A program made the translations under genes and the position numbers. The notes below the pieces were generated by a model. That model did no database searches. It had not been told where the DNA came from and was given only the letters and a program-made list of their open reading frames with translations. A stretch of DNA of 64,000 bases from the human T2T-CHM13v2.0 reference genome, Homo sapiens: NCBI RefSeq assembly GCF_009914755.1, contig NC_060936.1, one strand, 5' to 3'. How positions within the stretch are numbered: the stretch's first letter is position 1; every line of letters starts with the position of its first letter. Below are positions 1-21,044 of the stretch, in pieces.

Positions 1-24
1 TTTTTCATATTCCCCATTTAATAA

Positions 25-2235
<2,211 letters not shown>

Positions 2236-2879
2236 GAATACAGTTAATAGTAGTCTTTGACAGATCATCTTGGACTTCAGGAAATGCAATTATGATAACG
2301 TTTGTAGACAGTCACGTCATGTTAGGTGTCTGTACTCCATGAGGATGAGAACTCTAAATGAGGTGGTGTATGGAAAGCCGATCATAATTCATAGAGTAGA
2401 GTGAACCTATGACTGCAGTGGATCTCAAAAACTTTTAAAACCATAGACAAGCCTTATAGAGTAGAACATTCACAGCAAAGAAGAATCCTGTGAATGTCCA
2501 AAAGCCTTCCAGAAGTCAAGTCTCTTAAGCTATTAGAAATATTCCCACTGGGGATGAGGGAAAACCCCATGAATGCGGGAAATGAGGCAATATTTTTAAG
2601 AAATGACAGTTCATTGTACATAAGAAAATGCTCTTAGGAATGAAGTTCTATGAAAGTACTAAATATGGGACAGTGCAACAAGTAACCAGACTATTTTGTA
2701 TTTTGGAGAATTCATATTATGGAGAACCTAACAATTTAAAGACACTGGGAACACTTGCCCCTCAGTATAGTACTGTCAAGGGAAGCCATACACTTTTTGT
2801 AGACATGGGTACCAAAAATACCCAATTCTAAGTGGTTGACAGATGTTCACTTTGAAGTGTGAAGTTTTAAAAATACGTG

Positions 2880-2885
2880 AATAAA
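2880..2885 (+). terminator. Candidate polyadenylation signal for ZNF84
   Basis: AATAAA about 650 nt after the stop, followed by GT/T-rich sequence (2915-2970). Confidence 0.55.
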
Positions 2886-3690
2886 TTGGTTATTGAAACA
2901 TCTAAGACATTTCTTAGTGGTATTTGTGGCTTATCTTCTAGTGTCACGTATGTTTTGTGTTTTGGACTTACCTATAATTTAATGTAATTGGGAGTATGAA
3001 ATGCATATGCCTTTTAGTGCCTCTGATGTCTGTGAAGACAACACTACACACCACTGGTTTTTATTTTTTAACAATAATATAAAAAATGGAAACTCATGTA
3101 ACATGACTACATGAATAAGTACCTTAAGTGATAACCCGTTTCTTTTAACTTATAGACATACATAAGGGGTCTTTTGTTTTTATGGACCTTTCTATTCAGT
3201 AACTGAAGCCAACATTGTGTAAGTCTTCTGCATCCTCAGAGTCTGAGTAACAGTTTATATAAAATAAATATGCAAAGGCAGGAACCACAGAATAACCATA
3301 GTAATATATAACTGAATGAGCAAAATAAAGGTGTGTGAACTACATTACAACACCCAAACTAAATGAAATAAAGTAGTGCTGTATTAAATCTTTTTCTCAT
3401 TTAGTGAGGTGCCTCCATATAGTATATATATATGTATCTTAAGTGATATGTAACCCAAATGTCACTATTTTAATTTACTGTGATAAAGTATCATGGATAT
3501 TTTGTGCTGCTGTTATGCTTTTTGTGTTGCATAAAATATCTTGTAAAAATTAGATGGATAAATGAATTATTAAAAAATCACATTTCTGAAGATGTAAAGT
3601 ATTAGGGAATTTTGTGCTGGAAAAACATTTTTGACATTCAAGGATGCCTATTTTATCTTCTAGCAAATTTCTGTGGTCCCTGGAAAAGTA

Positions 3691-3980
3691 CAGATGATCC
3701 TGGACTTACAGTGGGGTTACCTCCCAATAAACCCATTGTAAGTTGAAAACATTGTAAGTCAAAAATGCATTTAATACACCCAACTTACCAAACATCATAG
3801 CTTAGCGTAGCCTACCTTAAACATTCTCAGAACACATTCTAATGCATCATCTATTTTATAAAAAGGTGTTGAATATCTGATGTAATTATTGAATACTGAA
3901 GGTGAAAAATAGTAGTGTATGGATACCATTGTAATGTTGAGAAACTGTAAGTCACATCCTCTTAAGTCAGGAACTATCTG
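3691..3980. mobile_element. Tigger-family MITE (MER47-like)
   Basis: TA|CAGATGATCCTGGACTTAC...TAAGTCAGGAACTATCTG|TA: terminal inverted repeats with TA target duplication. Confidence 0.75.
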
Positions 3981-4487
3981 TATAAGGAAACAAGATTTCC
4001 ATTTTATCATTTGAAATGTATTTGACTTTGTTTCACTAGTTGCATTATCCCCATGGAAAACTTCACATTGAGAACTTACCATTATATATTTCCATAAAAA
4101 TGCATGAACCATCCCTTAGCTAAGTAAGGATTTTGTAATGTTCTCTCAATAATGTTGCTTGGCAAAGTTAATATTTTTTGTATGCTGATGAAATTTAGAA
4201 AAGTCCAATATTGAGCTTGATTGCAAACTTAGAAAAACTCAAGACTTCTCCTTTTATGTTCAAATTGTTGTATCAGTATGGTATTTTGCACCTTTACCTT
4301 AAACAATATTTTCTCCTTTAATTATTGATTTTGCAACATTTTGGGAAAGTTGGAATTTTAAATAAATGAATAATTTTCTAAACCAGAATACCAGTTCAAC
4401 AGCCAAATAATTCTGTCTTTCCATGCTGTAATTTTAAAGCATTTAATTTTCCAACTTTTTGTTCATACTCAAGTGTGTGAACTTCCT

Positions 4488-4783
4488 GGCTGGGCACAGT
4501 GGCTCATGCCTGTAATCCCAGCACTTTGGGAGGCTGAGGACCTCAAGTGGAGACCTCAAGTGGATCACTTGAGGTCAGGAGTTGAAGACCAACATGTTCA
4601 TGGCCAACATGGCAAAACCCTGTCTTAAATTAGCCGGGCATGGTTGTGCGTGCCTGTAATCCCAGTTACTCAGGAGGCTGAGGCAGGAGAATCACTTGAA
4701 CCTGAGAGGCAGAGGTTGCAGTGAGCCAAGATTGTGCAGCCTGGGCGACAGAGCGAGCCTCTGTCAAAAAAAGAAAAGAAAAA
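4488..4783 (+). mobile_element. Alu SINE
   Basis: GGCTGGGCACAGTGGCTCA start, dimeric body, A-tail, TSD GAACTTCCT. Confidence 0.93.
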
Positions 4784-6659
4784 GAACTTCCTACTTTTTA
4801 ATATCTCAAATTCATTTTACTAGACGTGGGAGACCAACTAATGCAAATGAACAGTTACAGGGTGATGTTGTACTTTGTGATTTTTGCCCTATTTTTTCTT
4901 TCCATCTATCACCATTCTCTTTCCAATCCCAGAGATTGATTTATTAGGTCTTGGAAATTCTAGATTATTCCATTAACTATTAAGCAGTTAAACCTGATAC
5001 TTCCTACACTAGATAATGGAACTTCAACATTAGCCTATTGATTGCCCAAGAACAAACATTTTTTTCTAAATGTCAGGTGTTATGGGGAGGATTGATGCTG
5101 ACAGCAGAGGTCTAGTTAAAAACTGATGCAGAGGTTCAAATACGTTGTGCAGTAATCACTAGAACTCACCTTCTAAAGTGTCATGAGAGCTCTGATTCTG
5201 CAATTAGAGATTTTTTAATGTGTTTTTGAAATTACCTTGTAAACCACAAATCTGTGTCTCTGCATTGCCCCTTATTGTTTCCTACCACAAATTCTACATC
5301 AAGAAGAAAGTTTTAAAGTTAGACTGGATTTATTTGTGATTTTATGGAGCACAATAAGGTACATTGAGATAGCATACTAAAGGAGGCCAAATACAGGAAG
5401 CATCATCTTTTCTTATTCTCTTACTGCCTGGATTTTCCCACTGACCTGGAATTGTGCACAGTTCTACAAAGGACAATTGACATTGTTTTCCTTTTACTAA
5501 GTAGTGGGTTTTCCTTAAGGTCCAGACTGAATTTTGAGACCTGTACCAGGATTGCCTTCTGTGTGACTTTTTCTTGCAGGATCTGACATCATTACCTATG
5601 GGTCCATATATTTGTGATACTTTGGTTTCGGGAACATCACTTTTAGAATGTTGACATAAAATGCACCCACAGAATGCCGTATTTATCAAAAGTAACTTTC
5701 TAGCAAAATCTACAGCAGTAGGCATTTGGAATCTGCATTTGAGACCTCTGCAGTCATTTGGTCATTCCAGCAATCTATGTCCAGGTTGTCAATTTCAGAG
5801 GTCTTATTAGTCTATACAGGTACCAATGAGCTTTCAGATGTTCAACACCTACCCCTGGCCTAACTGCTGATAACCAACCATAACCCTTGCAGATGCATGC
5901 ATGTTTTCTGCACCTTGCTATCATTTTTCAGTCCATTTTTCACATGTATACATAGTGATTATTTTTAAATGCAACCCTGATTTCACATGCCTCATGTTGA
6001 AATATCGTGTGGCTTATTGTGGACTTAAAGTGTAACATTCTCCTTATGGTATGTAAGGACTTTTGTACAAACCAATGCCTATCTATCTATCATTTCTGAA
6101 AACTTTTTCCTCCTATGCAATATTTTCTGGCCTCTGTGAACAACTTGTAGTTCCTTGAGATTTCTATTATCACTTATGTTTTTGCAAATCTGCAATTGAA
6201 ATGCCCTTGTTCCTTGTTAATGCCTATTGAATCTATATGAACCTGTACGTGTGTTTCTCACTGTGATAATATAATCATTGCATGTTTTATCTTTCCCACT
6301 AGAAAGCTTCTAGAAAGCTAGGACTATCTTTTTTGTCTGTGTAATTTTTGCATCACAAGCTATATTTAAATGTGGGTGCAGTGAGTGGCTGTTTTCTGCC
6401 ACATGGAGAAACATGGTCTGCAGTGAGAGAGAAGAATGAAGCCATGATGAAAGCAAAATCAAGAAAGAGTCCCGATTGTGTTCCAGTACCTGGTTCTTCT
6501 GGTCTTCATGTTCAGGTCCACCTCTGCCCTTTTCATGTCTTGATTGTTGAATTCTTCTGTGAGATACTCCAAATATCCTAATAAATTCTCATGTTTGCTT
6601 CATCTGGCTCAAGTTGTGTTTGTTACAACCCAAATATTTCTAACAGAGGAAATCAGGCT

Positions 6660-7105
6660 ATGTCGTAACTTGTTCTCTGGAAGTGGTTACTGAGAAGTTT
6701 GGGTGCAAGATGTCTATTGAGGATCAACAGCTGTGAAATGATCGAAGAAGAAGAAAGAAAACATTGAGCTGAGGAAGAAGTCAATTTGCACTGCATTGGA
6801 GCCAGCAGGGAACTCTGGAACATGTACTGCCCATTGGAGTGCCTCGTGTTGAACCAAGACGGCCAGGCCCTTACAACCCTGCATTGCTCACCCCATCACC
6901 CAGACTCAGGCTGCCCTGGGAAGGAAGCAGCCTTAGGTGAAGCAGCTCTTTTCTTCAGTGATGCTGCTGATTTCTTAGGTGAAGCAGCTCATTTCAGCTG
7001 AGGCCAGCTTCAAAAGTGGAGGTTCTCTGCTGATGACTCTCCCTGCCCTGGGTAAGTCCCTCCTTGAAGAGAGATCTGAGTCATAATGCATGTTTCTGAT
7101 CACAC
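6660..7105 (-). mobile_element. ERVL-class LTR (LTR16-like)
   Basis: Resembles the second copy at 9340-9695 and adjoins ERVL internal sequence; family name from memory. Confidence 0.5.
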
Positions 7106-7676
7106 AGTCCATCCTTCCCACCACTTAGATCCCCTTGTCTATGTTACATTTGGGAAGCTGCTGCTCTAGGATTCTGGTGGGGCTCTCTCTGAAGAGACAC
7201 TAAGAAAAGGAAGATTCATAGGACAAACCACAGCCCCTAATGTTGCAGTTGCTTTCTGTATTAGTCACTGTAGATTCTCATCACACCCTGTTAGCACCTC
7301 TGTGGACATAAGTGGCTTATGTGGTAGCTTGTCCCAGACCCTTATTCCTGAGGGGGTCAGAGCCCTGGCCACCATGTCCTTTTCAGATCCAAGTTGCTGT
7401 ATTTGTCCACTTACATCACAATGGGGCAAGGAAGTTCAAAGAGGCACCTAGGAGGGCCACCTGAGTTCCACTCCTTTTTTCTCCTGCCCTGTTGTGTAAC
7501 AGCAGCCATACCTGCTGATGATCAGTGTCAATGCCCCAGCAAAGAGTGGCTTTTCTGGCATGCTGGTCCTTGGACACAAGGGTACAAAGTTCCATGCTGT
7601 ATCTGTAGTTTATAATTTAGAACACTCTGTCCTCTGGTGGAAAGTGCCCCCTCTGGGGCTAATCCTTGATGTTTGA

Positions 7677-8179
<503 letters not shown>

Positions 8180-8739
8180 GTGTATGTTGTTCATTTCATT
8201 GCCCACATCATTTCACTTGATATGAATGCAAACATTTATGCTTTTTTCTGAATCGGGATATTAAAATGCATTTACTGGATCAGTGGCCATATACCATGTA
8301 TCTGAGGCTGTATTAATCTCTTCTAGTGGAAATATCACATCTGGCCTAATGGCTGTGATCAGGACTACTACTTAGTTGAGCTTGAAGTTGAATTGCAGTT
8401 ATGAGTAGTTTTTACTAGAGATATGATGGGAACCATCACTCCTAAATCTTTTATATCCTGAAGGGTGACTCTAATCTCTACTATCCCCCCAGAGATTGTT
8501 CTTATTTACTATCTTGGGTGGATTGTAGTTTGAGGCTTCCACGTGGCCTTTCCTCATGCAATAGTTTTTTTTTCCTGCAAGCAAGGACCTAATAACCACT
8601 TGTGATACAGCAGATGTGAGCTGCTTTTTGTGCAGCCAAAGGCCCTCTAACTTTCACAACTGCAATCAATTGTCTATTACTTGTCCTCAACTGTTTGTTA
8701 TCTTTATGTAGAGCATCAGTGGCTTTCAGCAGTAGCCAC

Positions 8740-9089
8740 TGTATTAGTCCGTTCTCATACTGCTATAAAGAAATACCACAGACTGGGTAATTTATAAAGA
8801 AAAAGAGGTTTAATGAACTCACAGTTTCACATGGCTGGGAAGTCCTCACAATGAAGGAGGAGCAAAGACACGTCTTACATGGTGACAGGCAGGAGAGCGT
8901 GTACAGAGGAACTGCCCGTATAAAACCATCAGATCTCATGAGATTTATTCACTACCACAAGAACAGCATGGGAAAAACCCACCTCCATGATACAATTACC
9001 TTCCCCCAGGTCCCTCCCACGACACGGGGGGATGATGGGAGCTACAACTCAAGATAAGGTTTGGCTGGGGACACAGCCAAAACATATCA
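8740..9089 (-). mobile_element. MaLR solo LTR (THE1-type)
   Basis: TGTATTAGTCCGTTCTC...GGGGACACAGCCAAAACATATCA, the reverse complement of THE1 termini; about 350 bp. Confidence 0.88.
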
Positions 9090-9339
9090 GCACCCAAACC
9101 TGTTATTTAATAATAATCTATCTCCTAAGTTCAAACATCTGTTACATAACACAGGTGCTTCCTCTTAATTTACTATTGGTGAACTATTTAATGATTGAAC
9201 CACCTCCTTATGCTGGGGCCTCTTTGTGCTCCACCTGCCACAGTGGTGGGGTTTGTATGTCAGCTGGATAATGAGTAATCCAGTTCCAAAACTTTGGCCC
9301 ATCCTTTGCTATTTTGGAGCACCTCAATAATGGTACAAG

Positions 9340-9695
9340 CTGCAATCTGTTGGGTTTTCTGAAAGTTGACTCTGAGATATACTTTGGAGGTATTCACTGT
9401 AGATCAGTATCTGTGAAAGGAAAGAGAAGGAAGTAGGATTAAGCAAAAGAAAAGGTTAAACTGCAATGCAGATCCTACAAAACTGCTCCCAACTTAGAAT
9501 GGATCTCTGTAGTGAGTGTTGCCTGACAGGGCTCATGTGTCAGGCAAGCATGGTCTAGTCTATGTTCACACCTCTTTCAGTCACTGAATACAGCCTGACC
9601 TGGAAGGGAGGTGACTTTGGATGAAGCTCTTCTGCAGCAAAGGCTGACCATGAAGGGCTTGACAGGCGAGGGCTGTCTGCTAACTCCCCACACCT
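9340..9695 (-). mobile_element. ERVL-class LTR fragment (LTR16-like), followed by an Alu fragment at 9704-9795
   Basis: Similar to 6660-7105. Confidence 0.45.
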
Positions 9696-9719
9696 GTACT
9701 ACAAGCCAGGATGGTCTCA

Positions 9720-9809
<90 letters not shown>

Positions 9810-10189
9810 TTAAGTGCCTGGGTCATCACACCAACCAGGTGTTTTTCTCCATTTGGACATTTTCCCAGGTAACTGCCAGTGAAATATGTAGCAGCTGGGC
9901 TGCCACGTTTGCCAGAGTCTCTCTGGAATGGGATATTTCTTGTCAGCTCAAAGTAAAATGCAAGCACAAATATTTACCACAGAGGAGTTCCACACTGAGC
10001 AGAAATGATGCCAGGCCATCCTATCCCCCATGGTGCTCACGCACTGGCTGGCAGCTGCCTGAAAAGGTCACAGTCTCAAATACTGTGGTAACTCCCAAAA
10101 GCAATGAATCCCTCCAGGAGAATGGGAAGTATTTTCTTGAAAGGTATTTGGAGTAATGCACCTGTAAGGATCCCACAATTGAAGGAAGA

Positions 10190-11450
10190 AAGGCCGGGTG
10201 GTGAGTCTTAATTGGCAGAAGCCAGGGATTCACATTTATTATAATAAATAGTAAGGTCAGTGTGACAGCCAAGAGGGTTTGATTCACAGGAACTTGTGAA
10301 GATGGTTAGTAAAACATAACTTCCCCAAGGATAAACTAGATAAGACAGGCAACCAGGAAATTTGTTAGTAAACATAGTCCAAGAAGTTGAGAATGGGTGA
10401 GCAAGAGGCTAAGGGCAGTTGCCTCAGTAAAATGCCATGATCCTTGAACTTGAGCTAATATTCAGATCAGAAAGACACTAAAGAGGTAGGTGGGTCCCCA
10501 AGGGGAAAGACCCTATGACACCACGGCAAATATATACTGTGACGACACCTCCAGCCCTTCGTCAAAGACTGATGGGCACTTACTTGGTTCACTATACACT
10601 GGGTAAAGGGTAATATCCAGAGATTTTAAAGACTATTATACGCAAAGTCTGAGTTGATACTGATACCAGACTTTCATAGCATTATCATGCCTCCGTTAGC
10701 ATGAGAGCGTATTTAGGCCTGGTCATACATTTAGGCTTACTGTGGGGCCAATGGTCCCAGTGACCCTGACCCATGCATTACTCATTTGCTTGGTCTTCGA
10801 ATGTATAATTGGGATTGACATCCTTGGCAGTTGGAGTACTTTCTACATTGGACTATTGGTCTTTGGTTAAAAGCCACTATAGTGGGGAAGGCCAGGTGAA
10901 AACCTCTGAATCCCACCCAGAAGGTAAGATCATAAATTAAAAACAATATTGCATTTTGGGGAGAAGAGTTGGAGGGGGTGACAGAGATGAGTGCGACTCG
11001 TAAAGACCTAAAGAATGTGGTAGTAGTGCCCCTGGGATATTAACAAATCCTAGGGAATGACTACAGGTGAGCTCAGCCAAGTCCATGTCCCACTTGCAGA
11101 CATGACATTGTTTCTAAGGCAGATTTAAGTGGCCTTGGGTATGTGGCAGTGGCCTTTGATTTGGAAAACCAATTCTTTTTATTCAATTCAGGAAAAAGGA
11201 TCAGAAAATGTAGCATTAACATGAGACAGACAATACTGTGCATTCACAGTTTTACCCAGGGCTGTCAGCCATCATAATATAATCTGAATAGACTGAACAT
11301 TTTATAGAACATCACAGTAATACACATGGCAGCAAAGTCATGTCAGTCAGGCAGGATAGGTAGGAAGTGGCCAGCAGGTTGGAGACACCACATGCATTCT
11401 AGAGGACTGGAGACAAACCGTATAAAAATCCAGCAAGTTACCACAAAAGA
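10190..11450 (+). mobile_element. Decayed ERVL gag-pro-RT fragment
   Basis: Remnants match ERVL protease/RT motifs: IHWVKGNIQRF..LL..KSELILIP (about 10590-10670), ECIIGIDILGSW (10798-10835), VGKAR*KPL, and AFDLENQFF (about 11150). Confidence 0.7.
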
Positions 11451-11575
11451 TAGCATGTAAGTCACAGTTTTTCCACACTGCTTTATCAATTCTTGAGGAC
11501 GTTTTTGTAGATTTTTTCCTACTAATTATATCTATTTATTGACATGAAATTACAGATATGTTCCTACTGATTTTA

Positions 11576-11877
<302 letters not shown>

Positions 11878-12898
11878 CCCAAATTTGGAATCTCTTCTGT
11901 ATTTGTAGTTATATTGCTTTTTTTCATTAATAATATTTATTTTTTACTTTTATTCTTGTTATATCTTGGCAAAATTTGTTTATTTATTAGCTTTTACAAT
12001 AAACAAGACTTTGGTTTTATTGATCTATTTGTATCTTTGTTTCTACTTAGCTGATTAGCTGAAAGCTGGACTTGACAGAGGCCAATATTAAGGTAAAATA
12101 GAGATGTCAAAAATTTCTTCGCATAAATCTAAGGATTTAAGGAAATATTGTTAATATAGATTTGTCATAAGTAACCCACTCACTCATTCCTCCGATTTTG
12201 ACCCCCAACAGGGGCCAGAGGACAGTTCTTTCACCATGAGAAATTACTTGGTGAAGGGAGAACCAGCCTCATGTAAAAATGTGGGTATAGTTATGTGTTA
12301 TAGATACTGTCATTAAAATGAGATTCCTGATGTCAAAGGGGATGATAGGTTCTGCAATGGAACAGTTCTCAGCAGAATTTACTCACAAGGAGCAAGACAG
12401 GCATGGTTAGTGCAGGAGGTTCATGGTCATAATGGTGATGAGAATTGTTAAACCTACATAAACCTTTGGAAGTGGTTAACTGATCAGGGATCTTAAAGGC
12501 CAAAATAGATGAACAGCTTGTGAATGTCTTACCTTATTTTGAGAACCCAAAATATAGAAGAAACAAGGTATCTTTGAAAATGGACCTTGCAGTTGCATCA
12601 CAAGCACACACTGTACAACTTGGGATCCATCAAGAGGCCTATTTGTTAGAATAGAATTTCCAAGTGTGTTCTATGCTGCTTTCCAAATCCAACGAGGTCT
12701 ACCAAGCATTTTATCTCTGCATGTGTGGGGTACAAATAGCAATAACTTGCCTTTTCCCTTAAAGGGATGTCTTAGCATTCCTCCATTCACTGAACTAAAA
12801 ACTTCATAAATGTCAGGCCCTTAAATCTTCGAGCACATATATGTATTATTAGGCCACTTTCGGTACTTGCTACTTCTTACATAAAAATTACAGATCTG

Positions 12899-13260
<362 letters not shown>

Positions 13261-13319
13261 TCAGACACGCTGTGTTTTAAATATTCCTTTAACAAATTTT
13301 AGTCTGTTTATTTGCTTTG

Positions 13320-14103
<784 letters not shown>

Positions 14104-14109
14104 AAGTGT

Positions 14110-14792
14110 ACATATTTCTAATGTATAGTTCAAGTTCTATGAGCTTTGAAAAATGTCTTTGGCTGTGCAACCACAGCTCCTGTCAAGATGTAGAACATTT
14201 CCTTTACTCCAAAATATTCCCTTGTTTCTCTTCCCGGTCAAATCTCACTCCCATCACTGACCCCAGGTAACCACCAATCTCCCTTCTAATACTATAGATT
14301 ATTTTTATCTTTTCTATAATTTTATATAAATGGAAATTATGCAAAAAGTATTTGTTTTTGTGTGGTTACTTCCACTCTGGTGTTTTTGGGATTTGTGCGT
14401 GTTGTGTGGGCATCAGCGGTTTGTTTCTTTTTATTGCTGATTATTCCTTTGTATGAATATACCCAGTTGTCTGTCTGTGCACCTGTTGGTGGACATTTGG
14501 GTTGTTTCAGATTTTCGGCTATGAAGAATAAAGCTGAGATACCACATTACACCCATCATAATGGCTAAACAAAACACTGCCAATACCAAGTGCTGGCAAT
14601 AATGTGGAGGAACCAGAACTCTCAGACGTTGCTAGTGGGAATTAAAAAAAAAAAACACTTTGGAAAACAGTTTGGCAGTTTCTTAAAAGTTAAATATATG
14701 CTGGCCATATGATTCAGCAATTCTACTCTTCTGTATTTACCAAGGAAAATGAAAACATGTGTCTCCAAAGACTTATACACTAGTGTTCACAA
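14110..14792. mobile_element. Old L1M 3' fragment with internal inversion
   Basis: Minus-strand L1 3' sequence 14110-14536 is joined to plus-strand L1 sequence 14537-14792 (CACTTTGGAAAACAGTTTGGCAG). Confidence 0.7.
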
Positions 14793-15105
14793 TATCATTT
14801 TAAGAAATGTTTAGGCTGATCTCTTCTGATCTCTGCTGCTGAAGCTATAAACTGAGGATCAGAGAAAAGGAGAAAATGAGTCATTAAAAGAACCTTGAGG
14901 GGGATATATATATACTTATTCTTATATCTATATCTCTCTATATACAGATCTTATATATATAATATAGAGAGATCATATATATATATCCTTATTCTTAAAA
15001 ATACATCCAGAGATGACTTCATGTGGCAGAGCCCTATTGAAGAGAAGCATCCTCTATGTGTTCTCTAGGCTACTGAAAACAATTTGATTTTAAAATTCAG
15101 TTTAA

Positions 15106-16962
<1,857 letters not shown>

Positions 16963-17271
16963 TAATTTTTAAATTTTAAATTTAATTTTATTTTAGATTC
17001 AGGGAGTACTTGGTGCATGTTTGTTACCTGGGTATATTGCATTCTGGTGGAGATTGGGCTTCTAGCATAGCCATTACCGAAATGGTGAACATATAATTGG
17101 TAGTTTAATAGGTCTTTTTGAGAAGGTGAATTTGAGTGGAAATACTAGTGTTCTAGCAGAGAGGAGTAACTCGTGAGAATTATCTTAGTATATTTAAGAA
17201 ACAGAAAGAAGAAAAAACAAGAATTTACAGTATACTCACAGTGATATATACTTGTGTGTCTGTGTGTTTCC

Positions 17272-17378
17272 TATTTTTATACATAAGCATTATGTGGGAC
17301 TTTTATTTTTTATACATAAGCGTTATGTGGGACTTTTATTTTTTATACATAAGCATTATGTGGGACTTCTATTTTTTA
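17272..17378. repeat. 33-bp tandem repeat, about 3 copies
   Basis: Unit TTTTTATACATAAGCATTATGTGGGACTTTTAT; visible as an 11-aa repeat in ORF 17241-17444. Confidence 0.9.
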
Positions 17379-17602
17379 TTTTCTGTTTCTTCCTTCTGCT
17401 TATTACTGTTTTTCCATTTTCTTGCTTTCCTGTGGGCTACTTGAACTTATTTTAGAATTCCAGTTTTTAGCTATTGAAAGTATTTTTGAATATAGCTTTG
17501 TGGTTTCAATAGGTAGTATGATATATATGCCTAATGTCACAATCTACAGGTATTGATATGTTACAACTTTGACTAAAGTGTAAAAACCTCTCTTCCATTT
17601 AG

Positions 17603-17761
<159 letters not shown>

Positions 17762-18275
17762 TAATTGTCTTAAGTCTTTCCTCTATATACATTTAAGTCT
17801 CACATCAGATGATGTTAAAATTTTTGCTTCAACCATTGAGCATGATTTTAAAAACTCACGAGAAAGGTAGTCTGTTACATTTACCCCAATTTTAACCCAC
17901 TCCACAGTTTTTTCTGTCTTTTCGAAGTTCCAGCCTATTACCTTTTCAGTCAGAGATGCTCTGTGAGTCAGTCTTGAAGGGCAGTCAACCAATTATTATT
18001 TTGCTTCATCTGAAATGCTTTTATTTCTTCTTAATTCCTGAAAGGTATTTTTGGTAGATATAGAATTAGAGGTTGACAAATCTTTCAAGCACTTGGAAAA
18101 TGTGCCACCTCCCTCTGGCCTCCGTGGTTTCAGATGACAAAGCTACCGTCATTCAAATTGTTGTTACCACATAGGGAATATATTGTTTCTCTCTTAACAC
18201 TGAATATAATCACAATGGAATTTCAAATAAATTTTGCTAAAGGAGTTTGGCAAGATTATTTTAAAATTTATCTAC

Positions 18276-19445
<1,170 letters not shown>

Positions 19446-19779
19446 AAATTTTTTAAAAAAGCTTATAGCACACAGCCTCACTGTATACAAGGGAAAATAT
19501 AAGTAATGACTTGTGAGAATATACTGTACTTGCAACATATATACAAAAGGCATAAAATCCCACTATGCAAAGAGCTTCTACAAATTAATAATAAAAACAT
19601 AGGACTCCTAATAGAAAAGTGATTCATAGCAAAATAATGTTTCATAGCAAAGGCTATGAAACATTATTTCACAGAAGATAGACACTAGTCAATGATCAGT
19701 TTCATATTATCATAAAAAGTAAATTAAAACACGATATCACTTTACCTTACAATATGATAAAGTTAAAATTTGATAATAT

Positions 19780-20440
19780 GTGTCATTCCTTCAGTCAATA
19801 AATATTCACTGAGCACCAAGTAGCATAGTAGTCATTATGGGTACAGTGATGAACAAAATGGTGTCTAGACTCATAGTGCTTACAGTCTAGTGATGTAATC
19901 ACTAACATAATAATCACACGAATGTAAGTACATAATTACAAACATAATTGCAAATTAAGTAAATGCTAAAGAGAGTAAGTCTAGGGTGTAATCACTGGGA
20001 CCTTACTGATTATAATGGGATCAAAGAACATTTCTTTGAGCAAGACTTGCTTGGGCTGAAATCTAAAGGATGACCTGAAATGAACTAATGAGGTTATGGT
20101 GTGAAGGGATAGTCACCTTTTTTTCAGACGGAATTAACGTGCTCAAAGATCCTTAGACACGTGACATTTGAGGAAACAAAGTGCAGTTAGAGAGGAGGAA
20201 AGTCATGTAAGAAAAGCTTGAAAAGATGGGAGTAAGATCCTGCAGCCAGTGGACCATGGTAAGGACTTTTGCCTTTACTTAAGAACAATTAAAAGTCATC
20301 AAGTTATGTTAAGCAGAAGAATATGAGCAGAATTGCTTTATAAAAATCAGGCTGACTTCGGTGTGAAGAAAAGATGTGGGGAAATGAAGTGAAATCTTTG
20401 GCAAGATTCCAGGTTAGAAAGGATAATTTGGACAATATTA
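19780..20440 (-). mobile_element. LINE-2 fragment
   Basis: TCATTCCTTCAGTCAATAAATATTCACTGAGCACC is a typical L2 3' end in reverse. Confidence 0.6.
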
Positions 20441-20632
20441 ATAAAGTTAAACACACACACATCATTCTCTACATGTCCCCCAATTAATTTTCTTCTCTTC
20501 CGAACTTGTTTCTTTTCCTGGGTTCATCATCTCAGTGAAACAAAATAGCTATGAGATCTGGGTGAGTCATCTGTAGCCTAACTGGAAGCTGAAACCGGAA
20601 GAGTGGACAGGCTGTGGTATAAGAGTCTTTAA

Positions 20633-21044
<412 letters not shown>

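Noticed and set aside
4950-6300. Unassigned stretch containing a 127-aa minus-strand ORF (5342-5725)
   Set aside because: I recognise no domain. It could be an ancient DNA-transposon remnant or extended UTR and needs a Dfam or tBLASTn search.
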